64,000 nucleotides of DNA, taken from contig CAWDYW010000003.1 of the NCBI GenBank assembly GCA_963806855.1, positions 320,001 to 384,000 on the forward strand, given 5' to 3'. The notes under the pieces are model-generated. The model was not told the DNA's origin, ran no database searches, and was given only the letters and a program-made list of their open reading frames with translations. The DNA is from an uncultured Verrucomicrobiae bacterium. GTDB lineage: Bacteria; Chlamydiota; Chlamydiia; Chlamydiales; Rhabdochlamydiaceae. Each line of letters opens with the position of its first letter. Positions within the stretch are counted from its first letter, which is position 1. Below are positions 18,572-28,548 of the stretch, piece by piece. The position numbers and the translations under genes were made by a program.

Positions 18572-21500
18572 AAAATTGATATCTCTCTTTTACTATGTCG
18601 ATCCGGTTCTGTAAACCATATTGATTCGTTTGTCCTAAAAATGAATGTTCCTTAGTAAAGCTATTTGTGCTGTTATTTAAAAAATGTATTGAATAATCTT
18701 TTCCATTAGGCCCCGCTTGGGCAATTCTTCCATAGCGTCCAGTAAATACATCCCCATTTGAATAGAAATTATGCGCTTCCATGGCTTGTTTTGTGGATAT
18801 AGCTGAAGCAGGAGCAACCCCAATAAAATAAAGATGCTGTTTCAGAAGATCTTTCTGTTCGGGCGTCATTCCGTTAAATGTCGCATTGTAAATAGCTCCT
18901 GCACGACTATGTGCGGTATGCAATAAAATTAGCTCTGGATTAATTTTATGCATATTTTCAATAATTGTCACGAAAACTTGTCGCATCAATGAACTTGTGG
19001 GGGTGTCTTGGCTGTTTCTTTCTTTGATAGCATTTATACCATCTTTCCAAATGTTTTGAGTTTCAATATGCATTCCAATGAATAGGTGATCTTCATTTCC
19101 TACCATATTCATAACCGAATTGATCATCTCTGGATGCTCGCCGTAGCAGGTATTTATCCCATTTTGAAATGTCGTTAGTGCGATAAACTGCCCGCTGCTT
19201 GGAAACATCTCATGGAAATGCTTAGTAATATCTATTTTTCCTGCCTTAATTTCTTCCGGCGTCACTTTAATCTTATGGTAGATATTCGCTGAAATGAACC
19301 AATCCACTTGAATTTCATTTACGGTGACTGTGAGGGGGATTAGCCGGCTATTAGTGGTGGAACTTTGAAGATTTTTTGGGTAAGAATTGTGATAAAACTC
19401 CTTTTCATAATAAGGAATTTCCATCTTAACTGTATCAAGACCAAATAGATCAAGTCGATTGAGTGGGCTATTGTGGACATAGAGGTAGAGATTGGGGCTG
19501 TCGATGAAGCCGGCGGGGTCAGGGGTGAGCCAGCGGCCGAGCTGGGGATCGTAGAAGCGTTGGCCGAAGAATACGAGCCCTTTGATTGTCCGCTTGGAAT
19601 TGAAGCGCCAGGGGTTGATCGGAGGGCTCGAGCAATACTCTTGACCAAAGGCGGTGATGTCGTAGGTCTCTACGAGTTCTCCTTGGGAAGAGACGATTCC
19701 GATGATATTGCCGCTGAAGTCGTGAAGGGGTGCGTAGATTTGCCCATTTAGCTCGATGGCAACGGTTGCGCCGATGTCGCCTTTGATTCCGAGGCCGATG
19801 ACTTTTAATTCGAGGATTTTAATCTGCTCATTGAGGAGACCAATTTCGATATCTTGGTCATAGATGAAATATTGGGTGGTGTCGTTTAATTGGGCGTAGA
19901 GGCGGGAGAATGGATCATAGACGAATTGGACTTTGGATTGGCCCCGCTTTTCGATTGAAGTTAGCCGGTTGAGAGGATCGTAGGTATAGGTTGTTGTTTC
20001 GTTTGGGGTGAGCCTTTGTGTGGGGTTGCCATTGTCATCATAGATGAGGTGGATGTCCTCAGTTGTGTCGATTTGGTTGAGGTGGTTGACTTGGGCATTG
20101 ATCGGATTACCGAGTGAATCGAAGCTATAGCCCTTGTTGCCTTCTTGGCGGAGTTGATCGAGGGGGTCGTAGCGATATTCTTTTGAGGCGAAGAGGGAGC
20201 TTTCAATTTTGTTAACAAGGCCAGATGGACCGTATTCGATGAAAGAGGTGTTGTAGGGGGAAACTCGCTCGGCTGGGCGCTCGAAGAGATCGTGATGAGT
20301 CGTGAGCGTCCCAAGGCGTTGGATGAGCTCTTGTTGGGCGATTTGTCCGTTCTCGTCGAAATGGGTATAGGTATGGGCATATTTCGTAGAGCCTGTAGGG
20401 GAGAGGCGGGTAATTTGAGTTAGATGGAGATCGTTATAGCTATACTCCATCGCGGTGTTATCTGGGAGAGTAAATAGAGAGCGTCTTCCTTGATCATCAT
20501 AGTCCCAAGTCAGGCGGTTTTTTGTTGGAGAGGTCTCAGAAGTGATTTGGCCAAAGGTGTTGTAGGTGCGCGTCCAAAGAAGATGATGGATTTTGTCATA
20601 GGCAGTAGTGGGGGAGGGGCCTGATTCATATCCATAGTGGTAGTGAAGTTTGTTATCGGAACTATAGAGATCGGTCAGCCGGTCAAGTCCATCATAATCG
20701 AAATGGAGCTCGGTCCCATTAGGTTGCTTTTTAACCCTAAGCCGCCCCTTTTTGTCATAGGTGAAGGTAGTAATTTTTTCGTTGTTTTCATTCTCTAGAG
20801 CTACTCGTCCTCGGCTATCATACCCCCATCGAACTGAAAAGGTTTTCTTTGGGGTATGATCTTGATAAATGGTGGTTACTTGCTGGGCTTTATTGCCTGA
20901 ACGATCGTAAAAAAGGGTCTCTTTCGAAACGGTTCTTTCGTCGGGGCCCAGTTTCTCAACTTGGACGAGGCGGCTGAGGGCATCGAAGGTTTCTATGGTT
21001 TGATTGCCGAGCTGATCGATGGTGGTTTTGGTCAGGACTTTTTGCCCGAGATCGTTAGAAGTTTCCTCAGAATAGATAAATTGAGTCGTTTCGCCATGGG
21101 GATCGGTATGCTCGTAGAGCCGTCCTTCGGGATCATAGGTAAAGAGGTCGGTGGCCTCCCCTTGAGAGGTGAGGCGAACGGCTTTTTCTTTGCGTCGCTC
21201 ATGACCGTAGAAAAAAGTAGTGTGGTTTTCGATAGCCCCTTGGGTGTCTTCCTCCCACTGCTGGACAACATCACCCTCTTCGTTGTGCAGTGTGACTTTA
21301 GAATAGCCTCCACAGGTTGTTCGCTCTAAATGACCAAGGGGATCGAAGGTATAGGTGACGGTTCGATCTTCGGCTTGCTCTGCAATTTTCCTCCCGGCAT
21401 TATCATAAGTGTAGATGGTGGTCAATCCTTCGGGATTCGTATAGGTAGAGAGATGAAAGGTTTTATAGGTCCAAGTTTCTTTGCTAAGGAGGGCGCCGTT

Positions 21501-23870
21501 GGCCGAGTAGATCGTTTTGGAATCTTGCCTTTGCAAGTCATCATAGGTGTAGTGATCCTCTGTTCCATCAGGCTGGATCGTTTTCGCTAGAGTCCCGTTG
21601 AGGTTATAAATGTGCCGGATGACGCCTCCATCGGGATATTCAATTTTAATGGGTTTTCGGAGGGTGTTGTAGGTGGTTCTTGTGCAATTTCCCTGGGGAT
21701 CAGTATGGGAGAGGATGTTGCCTTGGACGTCGTGAGTGAAGGTGGCGATTGGGATATAGGGTTCGAGTTTTTCATCTAGGGCTTTGGAGAAATGGATCTC
21801 GGTGCAATTGCCAAAGTCATCGTAGGTTTGAGTTGTCGGATTGCCTTTGGAGTCGATTTGGAGGAATGGTCTGCCCTTAGCGTCGTAAGCCGTTTGTGTG
21901 ATTTTCTGATTCCCTTCGGTATCTATCTCAGTGAATCGATATGGACGGCCCGCTTTGTCATAGTCAATTTTTTTGCGGAGTTTACCCACTTCTTTTGAAT
22001 CTTTGAGATTATTGAGGGAGTCGTAGTCATAGATGTTTTCATATCCTAATGGGGTAGTCTTTCGCTTGATATTGCCATTGGAATCGTAGTTGGTAATCAA
22101 GGTATAGCGTTGCCTACTGTTTGAATCAAAAATCGTTTCGTTCTCAATTTGACAGCGGGTGTTATAGGTAAAAGTTCGTTTGATCAATTGCTTTTCTGCG
22201 CCTGTCTCTCGATCTAAATAAGTCTCGGTAATCGAGAGGCACAGTCCATTGCGCGGGCTGCGCTCGTAGGTTTTGATATGTCTTTCGGTCACTCCCGAGA
22301 GATCATTTTCACTATGCGTGATCCCATTATCGATAATTTCGCGAAAGAGCAGGTTGTCTGTGTCGTAATGGTAGTACTCTCTAAATAAGATTTTCCCATT
22401 TTTTAAGGTGATTTTCGAGTTGATAAGGTCGGTACCCGGTAGATAGAAATATTGGGTCGTAAGTCCACCTGATTCCTGCTCTTCATGAATCAGTTTCCCA
22501 ACATATTTGTAGGTTTTTCCGATGCAGTCTCCACCTTCTACATTCCCTTTAGAATCGATTGTGAGCCGGGTCTGCTTTTGCCCAGTAAAGTGGCCATGGA
22601 AGCTCTCTTGCCTAACGTTGTCCTTTTCGTCATAGTCGAATGTTTTAGCAAAAAGAGGCCTTCCCAAGGAGTCGAAAAGGGCTTTTGTCTTTAGATTGTC
22701 CCTCTTCCAAAAGAATTTTAGGACTGAATGGAGCTTGTCGTGTTTGTCAAAATACTCGATAGCATTAAGTTTGTTATTTGTGTGGTGGTAACGGATTCGA
22801 TGATTATCGACATCTCGGACGTCAGTATATTCAGCTTCATAGATGAATGTAGCGATTGGAATCGATTCTCCATTGGGACCAACTGGAGCTTTGAGAATAT
22901 GCACTTTGTCGGCAGAGTAATTCTTTTTTGGGATTTTTTTTGCCCAATCTTTTTCTTCTTTTTCATTGCTCGGTCGATAATAAGTGGCAGTGAATTGATC
23001 TTTGTGGCCAAATTCCATGCCGCTGACTCGAGCTCCGATGCCTTTTCTCCCTCCCTCATAGCAATAGTGCTCTCTTGGACGGCAATTGCTGCTGATATCC
23101 TCGATGTAGCATTGGTCTTTGAAGGTAAACATTTGATAGGTGAGGGTTTTGCCATCTGAAGTTTTAGCGGTGAACTTGGTTTGGTCTCCCTCATCCTCGG
23201 TATCAAAAGTGATCGAGGCTAAGACTTTTGTGCCAGAAGGGTTTTGTAGTTTGACGCCGGAAAGTCGATCATTTTCATAGGTATAGACGATGCGGTGCTT
23301 GCATGGGAGGATTTCATAGTCGAGATATCCAAATGTATTAGAGGTAATTGTATAATGAAAGATGCCCCCATCGGCTGCATAGAGAGTCGCAGTTCTTTTT
23401 TTCGGGTCTACTTTGATGTAGTTCTTCTCGGTATTTTTTCGTGAATTAATGCTGCTTGCCCGATGTTTGGTAAACTCTACAGGGTATAAATAATGTTTAT
23501 CCTTAGTGCCTTCTTTGTGGGCGTATTTTACTGGGTTTCCCTCTTTGTCCAAGAGGTAGATCTTGAGGGTCTCATGCTTAAAGCTTAATCCATCCCAATA
23601 CAAACGAATATGGGGGAAAATGGTCCATCCTTTATCAAATGTCGGATCGGAGAGGAGTGAATTTTGCAGTGCTCCGCCACTTGAATAGGTACGGGTGATG
23701 GAGAGAGGCATTCCTCCTTCGATGACAGCATCTTGAAAGCAGAGGTTGAGATGGCCGGTGATCACATTGACATGATGGAAGAGGGCGGGGTCCTCATCTT
23801 CGAAGCAGGTGGTGACGTTAGCCCAGACTGCAAATTGAAGGGAGATAAGAAATACGATTAAATATTTCAT
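18555..23870 (-). CDS. RHS/YD-repeat polymorphic toxin with an alpha/beta-hydrolase-like C-terminal tip
   Basis: N-terminal signal peptide; many YD repeats; core end RFYDPQLGRWLTPDPAGFIDSPNLYLYVHNSPLNRLDLFGL; tip contains AHSRAG. Confidence 0.92.
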   Translation of the reverse strand: MKYLIVFLISLQFAVWANVTTCFEDEDPALFHHVNVITGHLNLCFQDAVIEGGMPLSITRTYSSGGALQNSLLSDPTFDKGWTIFPHIRLYWDGLSFKHETLKIYLLDKEGNPVKYAHKEGTKDKHYLYPVEFTKHRASSINSRKNTEKNYIKVDPKKRTATLYAADGGIFHYTITSNTFGYLDYEILPCKHRIVYTYENDRLSGVKLQNPSGTKVLASITFDTEDEGDQTKFTAKTSDGKTLTYQMFTFKDQCYIEDISSNCRPREHYCYEGGRKGIGARVSGMEFGHKDQFTATYYRPSNEKEEKDWAKKIPKKNYSADKVHILKAPVGPNGESIPIATFIYEAEYTDVRDVDNHRIRYHHTNNKLNAIEYFDKHDKLHSVLKFFWKRDNLKTKALFDSLGRPLFAKTFDYDEKDNVRQESFHGHFTGQKQTRLTIDSKGNVEGGDCIGKTYKYVGKLIHEEQESGGLTTQYFYLPGTDLINSKITLKNGKILFREYYHYDTDNLLFREIIDNGITHSENDLSGVTERHIKTYERSPRNGLCLSITETYLDRETGAEKQLIKRTFTYNTRCQIENETIFDSNSRQRYTLITNYDSNGNIKRKTTPLGYENIYDYDSLNNLKDSKEVGKLRKKIDYDKAGRPYRFTEIDTEGNQKITQTAYDAKGRPFLQIDSKGNPTTQTYDDFGNCTEIHFSKALDEKLEPYIPIATFTHDVQGNILSHTDPQGNCTRTTYNTLRKPIKIEYPDGGVIRHIYNLNGTLAKTIQPDGTEDHYTYDDLQRQDSKTIYSANGALLSKETWTYKTFHLSTYTNPEGLTTIYTYDNAGRKIAEQAEDRTVTYTFDPLGHLERTTCGGYSKVTLHNEEGDVVQQWEEDTQGAIENHTTFFYGHERRKEKAVRLTSQGEATDLFTYDPEGRLYEHTDPHGETTQFIYSEETSNDLGQKVLTKTTIDQLGNQTIETFDALSRLVQVEKLGPDERTVSKETLFYDRSGNKAQQVTTIYQDHTPKKTFSVRWGYDSRGRVALENENNEKITTFTYDKKGRLRVKKQPNGTELHFDYDGLDRLTDLYSSDNKLHYHYGYESGPSPTTAYDKIHHLLWTRTYNTFGQITSETSPTKNRLTWDYDDQGRRSLFTLPDNTAMEYSYNDLHLTQITRLSPTGSTKYAHTYTHFDENGQIAQQELIQRLGTLTTHHDLFERPAERVSPYNTSFIEYGPSGLVNKIESSLFASKEYRYDPLDQLRQEGNKGYSFDSLGNPINAQVNHLNQIDTTEDIHLIYDDNGNPTQRLTPNETTTYTYDPLNRLTSIEKRGQSKVQFVYDPFSRLYAQLNDTTQYFIYDQDIEIGLLNEQIKILELKVIGLGIKGDIGATVAIELNGQIYAPLHDFSGNIIGIVSSQGELVETYDITAFGQEYCSSPPINPWRFNSKRTIKGLVFFGQRFYDPQLGRWLTPDPAGFIDSPNLYLYVHNSPLNRLDLFGLDTVKMEIPYYEKEFYHNSYPKNLQSSTTNSRLIPLTVTVNEIQVDWFISANIYHKIKVTPEEIKAGKIDITKHFHEMFPSSGQFIALTTFQNGINTCYGEHPEMINSVMNMVGNEDHLFIGMHIETQNIWKDGINAIKERNSQDTPTSSLMRQVFVTIIENMHKINPELILLHTAHSRAGAIYNATFNGMTPEQKDLLKQHLYFIGVAPASAISTKQAMEAHNFYSNGDVFTGRYGRIAQAGPNGKDYSIHFLNNSTNSFTKEHSFLGQTNQYGLQNRIDIVKERYQFYGKSN

Positions 23871-23913
23871 GGATAAAGAGGATGATCCAAGTAAATATTT
23901 TTCTCAAGTAATT

Positions 23914-24888
23914 TCAAAAGACGTAGAGATAGGCGAAGATCGCAGAGGCAAAGGCCCTTGAATTGCGGCCGGCGACGGTGCCCCAAGCGCCGAAGATGAT
24001 GCCTGATTTCGAGTTGAAATTATATTCGATCTGGGGGGCGATGCTTAGTGAGATGGAAGATGGGAGGCCAACAACGGCGGGGATACCTGGGCTTAAGATT
24101 CCAGGTCTGCCTTTGAAATGGGAAGAGGCTGTCTGATGTAGGAGCTCTATGTCCAGGGCAAGCACCCAATGGTTGCTGAGAGAGTACTCTGCAGAGAGAA
24201 TCGCTGTTAGCCCTTGGCCTGGACGAATTTTTCCTCTTGTTCCATGTCCACCACCATAGGTGTTTAACCCTTTTAGATAGGCGTTAGTGGGGAAAAGATA
24301 GCCAAAGCTCCAATAGAGATTCATGAAATGGCACGGAAATCTAAAGGTCTTTGAAAAGGCAAGTAAAGGGCCGAAGAAGTAGGCGCCTGAGCCCGTGATG
24401 TCTATGCCCTGCTTTTTTGGATCGAGGTGATTGTAATGGCCTGTAGGAAATAAAATTTCTAATCCTAATCTGAAATTGGGGACCCAGGAGTCTTTCTGGT
24501 CTTTTAAGACTTCATAACCAAGGATAATTGAAGAGTCTGTGAAGTGGGTGGCCTTTTGATTCCCTCTGAAATTAGACAAGAGTCCCCCGGTCAGCTCAAT
24601 CCCTAATCTTTTGGTGAGTTCGAAAATCACTTCTACCGCAGGGTTGGCTGACCAGGTGGTCTCCTGTCGTTTGAGTTTCCAATCAGATTGGTAGTTTCCA
24701 TAGAAGGCAGCTAAGGTGATAAAGGGCTCGATGGCATTGATGTTGACGGCTGTGGCTGAAAGATAGGTCCCCGTATACCAAATCTCATAGGCGGGGGGCT
24801 CAGGTAAAGGCTCCGCCATAGGGTTGATATCGGCGCTGAGAAGGGCGGGGCAAAGGGCGATGAGGCTAATCCAATTTCGAATGTGCAT
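23914..24888 (-). CDS. Putative outer-membrane beta-barrel protein (MetA-pathway/transporter-like)
   Basis: Signal peptide, LFPTGHY and TGSGAY motifs, alternating beta pattern, C-terminal Phe. Confidence 0.65.
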   Translation of the reverse strand: MHIRNWISLIALCPALLSADINPMAEPLPEPPAYEIWYTGTYLSATAVNINAIEPFITLAAFYGNYQSDWKLKRQETTWSANPAVEVIFELTKRLGIELTGGLLSNFRGNQKATHFTDSSIILGYEVLKDQKDSWVPNFRLGLEILFPTGHYNHLDPKKQGIDITGSGAYFFGPLLAFSKTFRFPCHFMNLYWSFGYLFPTNAYLKGLNTYGGGHGTRGKIRPGQGLTAILSAEYSLSNHWVLALDIELLHQTASSHFKGRPGILSPGIPAVVGLPSSISLSIAPQIEYNFNSKSGIIFGAWGTVAGRNSRAFASAIFAYLYVF

Positions 24889-24977
24889 ACACTTGATGAT
24901 AGGGACTCTGCAAAATTTTTCGTACTGTTTTTAAAATTTTAATGTGTGTACAATGTTTCCAAATTTTGGAGGTCTAT

Positions 24978-26516
24978 ATGGCAGCAGCAGTAATTCCTGA
25001 TGGTCGTTTTGCAAGAGTTGAGAGACGGGAGCACACTCCTTTGGAGACGATTTGGGAAGATGAAGACAAACGCCCGGGGGATCGGAATAAATGGCATTCT
25101 CAGGTTTATCATGTCAACTCGATTACAGATTATGCATTAGCTAAAATCAAACGAGATGGCGCGGTGACGACGGAGCAATGGGAGCAGCAGGTCGATCCGG
25201 CCAAGAAGATTGCTGAGAATCGTGAGCTGATCGAGCAGCATGTCGATCGTCGGATCCAACTATTTTTCATGCAGCTGATTTGCTGCTTTCGAACTCCCTA
25301 CCATTTTGAATGGATCGAGGCCAACGACGAGTACGGCAAGGGGGGGAAAGTGACGATCCATAACCCGACCGGCGCTGGGAACAAGCGGATCGAAACCGAG
25401 GCGGCCCATTCTGGAACATTCCCCTGTTTGATGGCCTATCCTAGGGCTGAATGGGAAAGTGGAAATAAAGCAAATGGCTTTGTCTATTTGAAATATGGAC
25501 GCTCCTATTTGGACAATAATGCCACGATCGAATTTGATCGCTATCTCAACCGTGCCGATTGTCTAATCGATGGAACCTCTAAAGACCGTCAATTGAGAGA
25601 GGAGGCGATCAAGATCGTCAATGCTGTAGCAGAAGGGAAGCAGACTGTTGAAAAAGGGATGATTCAATTTGTCAAGCTGTTTGAGCAGTTCTGTGCTAAG
25701 CGACGACTGGGTGTGACTGATGCTAGAGGACTCATCCTAGATGTTTACTTGCAGCGTGCACAGGAAGTCCGTGCTGAGATGGAGGTCGATCCTAGCTATT
25801 TTGATCAACTTCTGGGAGTGAAAGTAGGAGTCCACCCACGAGAAGCGCTACTCCGTAAGATCGTCTATCAAAAGAGATTTAAATTGATCCAAGATTGTGA
25901 AGCAGTGGAAAGTCAAATCGCCAGAGCGATTCTCACTGCGCAAAATACCATGCTTGGTAAGCGAAAAAAGAGTTTAAAAAATGTCGATTCTCGTCTTCGT
26001 TATACATTGTTAGAAGATGCAAACCCCATTTTCAAACGGACTTTGGAAAGGCTATTTTGTACCTCATTGGATCAATTGCAAGCAGGTATTGAGAAGAATG
26101 CAGAGCGATTAAGGCAATTTGAGGCCAAAAAGGGGATCGCCAAGTTTCGTAGCACTCATAAAGCACAGCTCGACATTTTGAATAGGGAGCTCAGAGCTAA
26201 ATTCCGCACACTGGAGAATTTAGAGTTGACCTATCGTGCGGAGCTTTTTAAAGGACTGAGGCAGGATCTAAATGGCTGGCTTCAAAAGGAGTTTTTGAAT
26301 GTTTTCAAGAGAAAATATCCTCTAGAGTCGATGAGTCAAGCGATGGTGAGCCGATTGGAACATAGGACCAGAGTGATCGATCCAAATCGAGAGTATAAAA
26401 CGCCCCTTAATCAAAGAAGAAAAGATATCTCAGAACCGAAAGCCAAAATGATCGCTGATGCCTTTGGGGTGGACGCTGGACTTTTCCTGCCAGGAATGAT
26501 CACTTCAGTCTACTGA
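24978..26516 (+). CDS. Hypothetical protein with helical centre and C-terminal XRE-like HTH
   Basis: GGAGG RBS before ATG 24978; LFKGLR...WLQKEF...MSQAMVSRLE...KAKMIADAFGVD resembles XRE HTH helices. Confidence 0.6.
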   Translation: MAAAVIPDGRFARVERREHTPLETIWEDEDKRPGDRNKWHSQVYHVNSITDYALAKIKRDGAVTTEQWEQQVDPAKKIAENRELIEQHVDRRIQLFFMQLICCFRTPYHFEWIEANDEYGKGGKVTIHNPTGAGNKRIETEAAHSGTFPCLMAYPRAEWESGNKANGFVYLKYGRSYLDNNATIEFDRYLNRADCLIDGTSKDRQLREEAIKIVNAVAEGKQTVEKGMIQFVKLFEQFCAKRRLGVTDARGLILDVYLQRAQEVRAEMEVDPSYFDQLLGVKVGVHPREALLRKIVYQKRFKLIQDCEAVESQIARAILTAQNTMLGKRKKSLKNVDSRLRYTLLEDANPIFKRTLERLFCTSLDQLQAGIEKNAERLRQFEAKKGIAKFRSTHKAQLDILNRELRAKFRTLENLELTYRAELFKGLRQDLNGWLQKEFLNVFKRKYPLESMSQAMVSRLEHRTRVIDPNREYKTPLNQRRKDISEPKAKMIADAFGVDAGLFLPGMITSVY

Positions 26517-26520
26517 AACC

Positions 26521-26566
26521 ATACCTCGCCTCACCCAAAAGTGTGAATTTGGGTGAGGCGGGGTAT
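26521..26566. terminator. Long hairpin between convergent genes
   Basis: ATACCTCGCCTCACCCAAA / TTTGGGTGAGGCGGGGTAT. Confidence 0.6.
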
Positions 26567-26573
26567 AGTGTGA

Positions 26574-27500
26574 TTAGTTCAAATTGGCCAAATGGGCTTG
26601 AATGAGCATCGCGATCTCTTGAAGGCCTAGTTCTTGTGCTAGATCCAGCGGTGTGTGAGAATTACCATTTGGCAGATTTGGATTGGCCCCTGCATTCAAA
26701 AGCGCTGGGACAGTCTTGATGTCCCCATTTTGCACCGCAGAGTGCAAGGGTGTACAACCCTCTACGTCGGCGATGTCTAGGTTTTGTGGTAGCTGGAGCA
26801 GAGATTCGGTTATTTTATCTTGTTTCCTCTTAATACTTAAGTTAAGAGCTGTTTCTCCGTTTGCATTTGTTCTAGTTAGATCGGCATTAGCCTTCAGCAG
26901 AATGTCTACCATCTGCTTGTCCCCATATCGAACTGCCAGATGAAGGATTGGGTCGACTCGATCTGTCTGGAGATTAGGATTAGCTCCATTTAATTGTAAT
27001 TTTTTTGCCTGGTCAATGAGCAATTTTTTCAGTTTTGGAAAGGTTGTTCCATAGGCTTCTTTGTGAGAGAAAATTTGAAAAATGTCGGCCATGCTCAAGT
27101 TTTCTATATTTAGCCAAGTTGCATCAATGTTCACAGTGCCATCATGGTTCCTCGATTTGGGAAGGCCTCCGACGGATTCACAAAATTGACGAGTCTCCTC
27201 ATTTAGAGCCTTTATGAAACGCTTGGCCCCCTGTAAATTTGTTCCAGCATAACCCCCTTTTTTGGCTCGGGCTAAGATCACTGGTTCTGCATGGTCTCTT
27301 CCCATCAGATTTTGTTGCGCCAAACCAGCTAAACCGCTTAAGGGGACATGATTTGCAATATGCTGGATAATCTCGGGAGGGAGTTCGTTTAAAAAATCAA
27401 TTGCAACCTTTTGAATTTTATCGTCTTGAGGATTAGTTGCTTGGTTCTCATCCGAAGATGGTTGAATAGGTTGATGAATAGTTGGATCTAATTTATTCAT
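26574..27500 (-). CDS. F-box plus ankyrin-repeat protein (eukaryote-like candidate effector)
   Basis: FLNELPPEIIQHIANHV F-box motif; ILHLAV, TALNLS, TPLHSAV and TPLDLA ankyrin repeats. Confidence 0.8.
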   Translation of the reverse strand: MNKLDPTIHQPIQPSSDENQATNPQDDKIQKVAIDFLNELPPEIIQHIANHVPLSGLAGLAQQNLMGRDHAEPVILARAKKGGYAGTNLQGAKRFIKALNEETRQFCESVGGLPKSRNHDGTVNIDATWLNIENLSMADIFQIFSHKEAYGTTFPKLKKLLIDQAKKLQLNGANPNLQTDRVDPILHLAVRYGDKQMVDILLKANADLTRTNANGETALNLSIKRKQDKITESLLQLPQNLDIADVEGCTPLHSAVQNGDIKTVPALLNAGANPNLPNGNSHTPLDLAQELGLQEIAMLIQAHLANLN

Positions 27501-27665
27501 TATAACTCCTTTTTTTATTAATTATAATTAAAAATTATTTAAAAGTAAAGTAAAATTTACTATTCATAATTACTTTAAAATCAAAGATTTTTGGAGGGGT
27601 GTTTGATTAGAATAAAAAATAGAAGTTGCGAGGATAATCGGGGACTGATTATGATGTTTTCTTTC

Positions 27666-27749
27666 GCGAAAGTGGCGAAACTGGTAGACGCACTACCTTG
27701 AGGTGGTAGCGAGGGAAACCTTTTGGGGGTTCGAGTCCCCCCTTTCGCA
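27666..27749 (+). tRNA. tRNA-Leu(GAG)
   Basis: GCGAAAG/CTTTCGC acceptor stem, CTACC-TTGAGGT-GGTAG anticodon arm, long variable arm, TTCGA T-loop. Confidence 0.95.
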
Positions 27750-27756
27750 ATATTTC

Positions 27757-28432
27757 TTAATTTCTTTCCCCAAATATCTTTTCAATCGTTTGCATCAGCT
27801 CGGGCTCTATTTTGAGCGCTTGGAGCTGAGCGATCGCGCGCGCCTCGGTCAGTGTAGTCAAGGTGGCCCATTCCTCTTGGTTGAGGGGCATTGCGTAGGA
27901 GGGGCTGTGGCTGCGGCACAAGCTCTCGCCCATCGAATAGTGCGTAGGAACCGAGTGGCAATGGGAGCAATGGTCTGTCAGTGCGAGGTGGCCATCGTGT
28001 TTGAGGAGTTTCAGCAGGAAAGAGGCCTTCAGTGCGGTCGGGTCTATGAAGCTTGGCAGATTTTTGAGGTAGGTGAGGAGCAGCTGATAGAGGGCGGGGG
28101 CCGGCTTGCCAGGGAATTGGGTGGTGAGGAGCGCTTCGGCAAAGCGGGTGGCGGTCTGTAGATGATCGAGGTTACTGCGTAGGTTGAGATGGGTGTTGAT
28201 GGGGCTTCCATCTAGAAAAGTGTAAAGATCGGTGCGGCCCGATTGTAAAATTGTATTCGGCCTGGGTGAGGGGTGAGGTGAGGGTGAGCAAGTGCGATTT
28301 TTTCCGATTAATCCCTTTGACGATCAGGCTGATGAGTCCCCGGGTAGGAGTGAAGAGGGTGATGATTTTTTGCTGATCCTTATAGTCGATACTCCTCAGG
28401 ACGAGCCCTTCATGTGTTTCATTCGATGGCAT
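27757..28432 (-). pseudogene. recO: DNA repair protein RecO, frameshifted (real decay or sequence error)
   Basis: EGLVLRSIDYKDQQKIITLFTPTRGLISLIVKG is a RecO N-terminus; the frame is lost after about codon 65. Confidence 0.75.
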
Positions 28433-28465
28433 TTAATTTTGCTCTTTGGTATTTTTATATGCTCT

Positions 28466-28539
28466 GCACCGATAGCTCAATTGGATAGAGTACCCGGCTT
28501 CGAACCGGGTGGTTACAGGTTCAAGTCCTGTTCGGTGCA
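28466..28539 (+). tRNA. tRNA-Arg(TCG)
   Basis: GCACCGA/TCGGTGC acceptor stem, CCCGG-CTTCGAA-CCGGG anticodon arm. Confidence 0.95.
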
Positions 28540-28548
28540 TAATTATAA

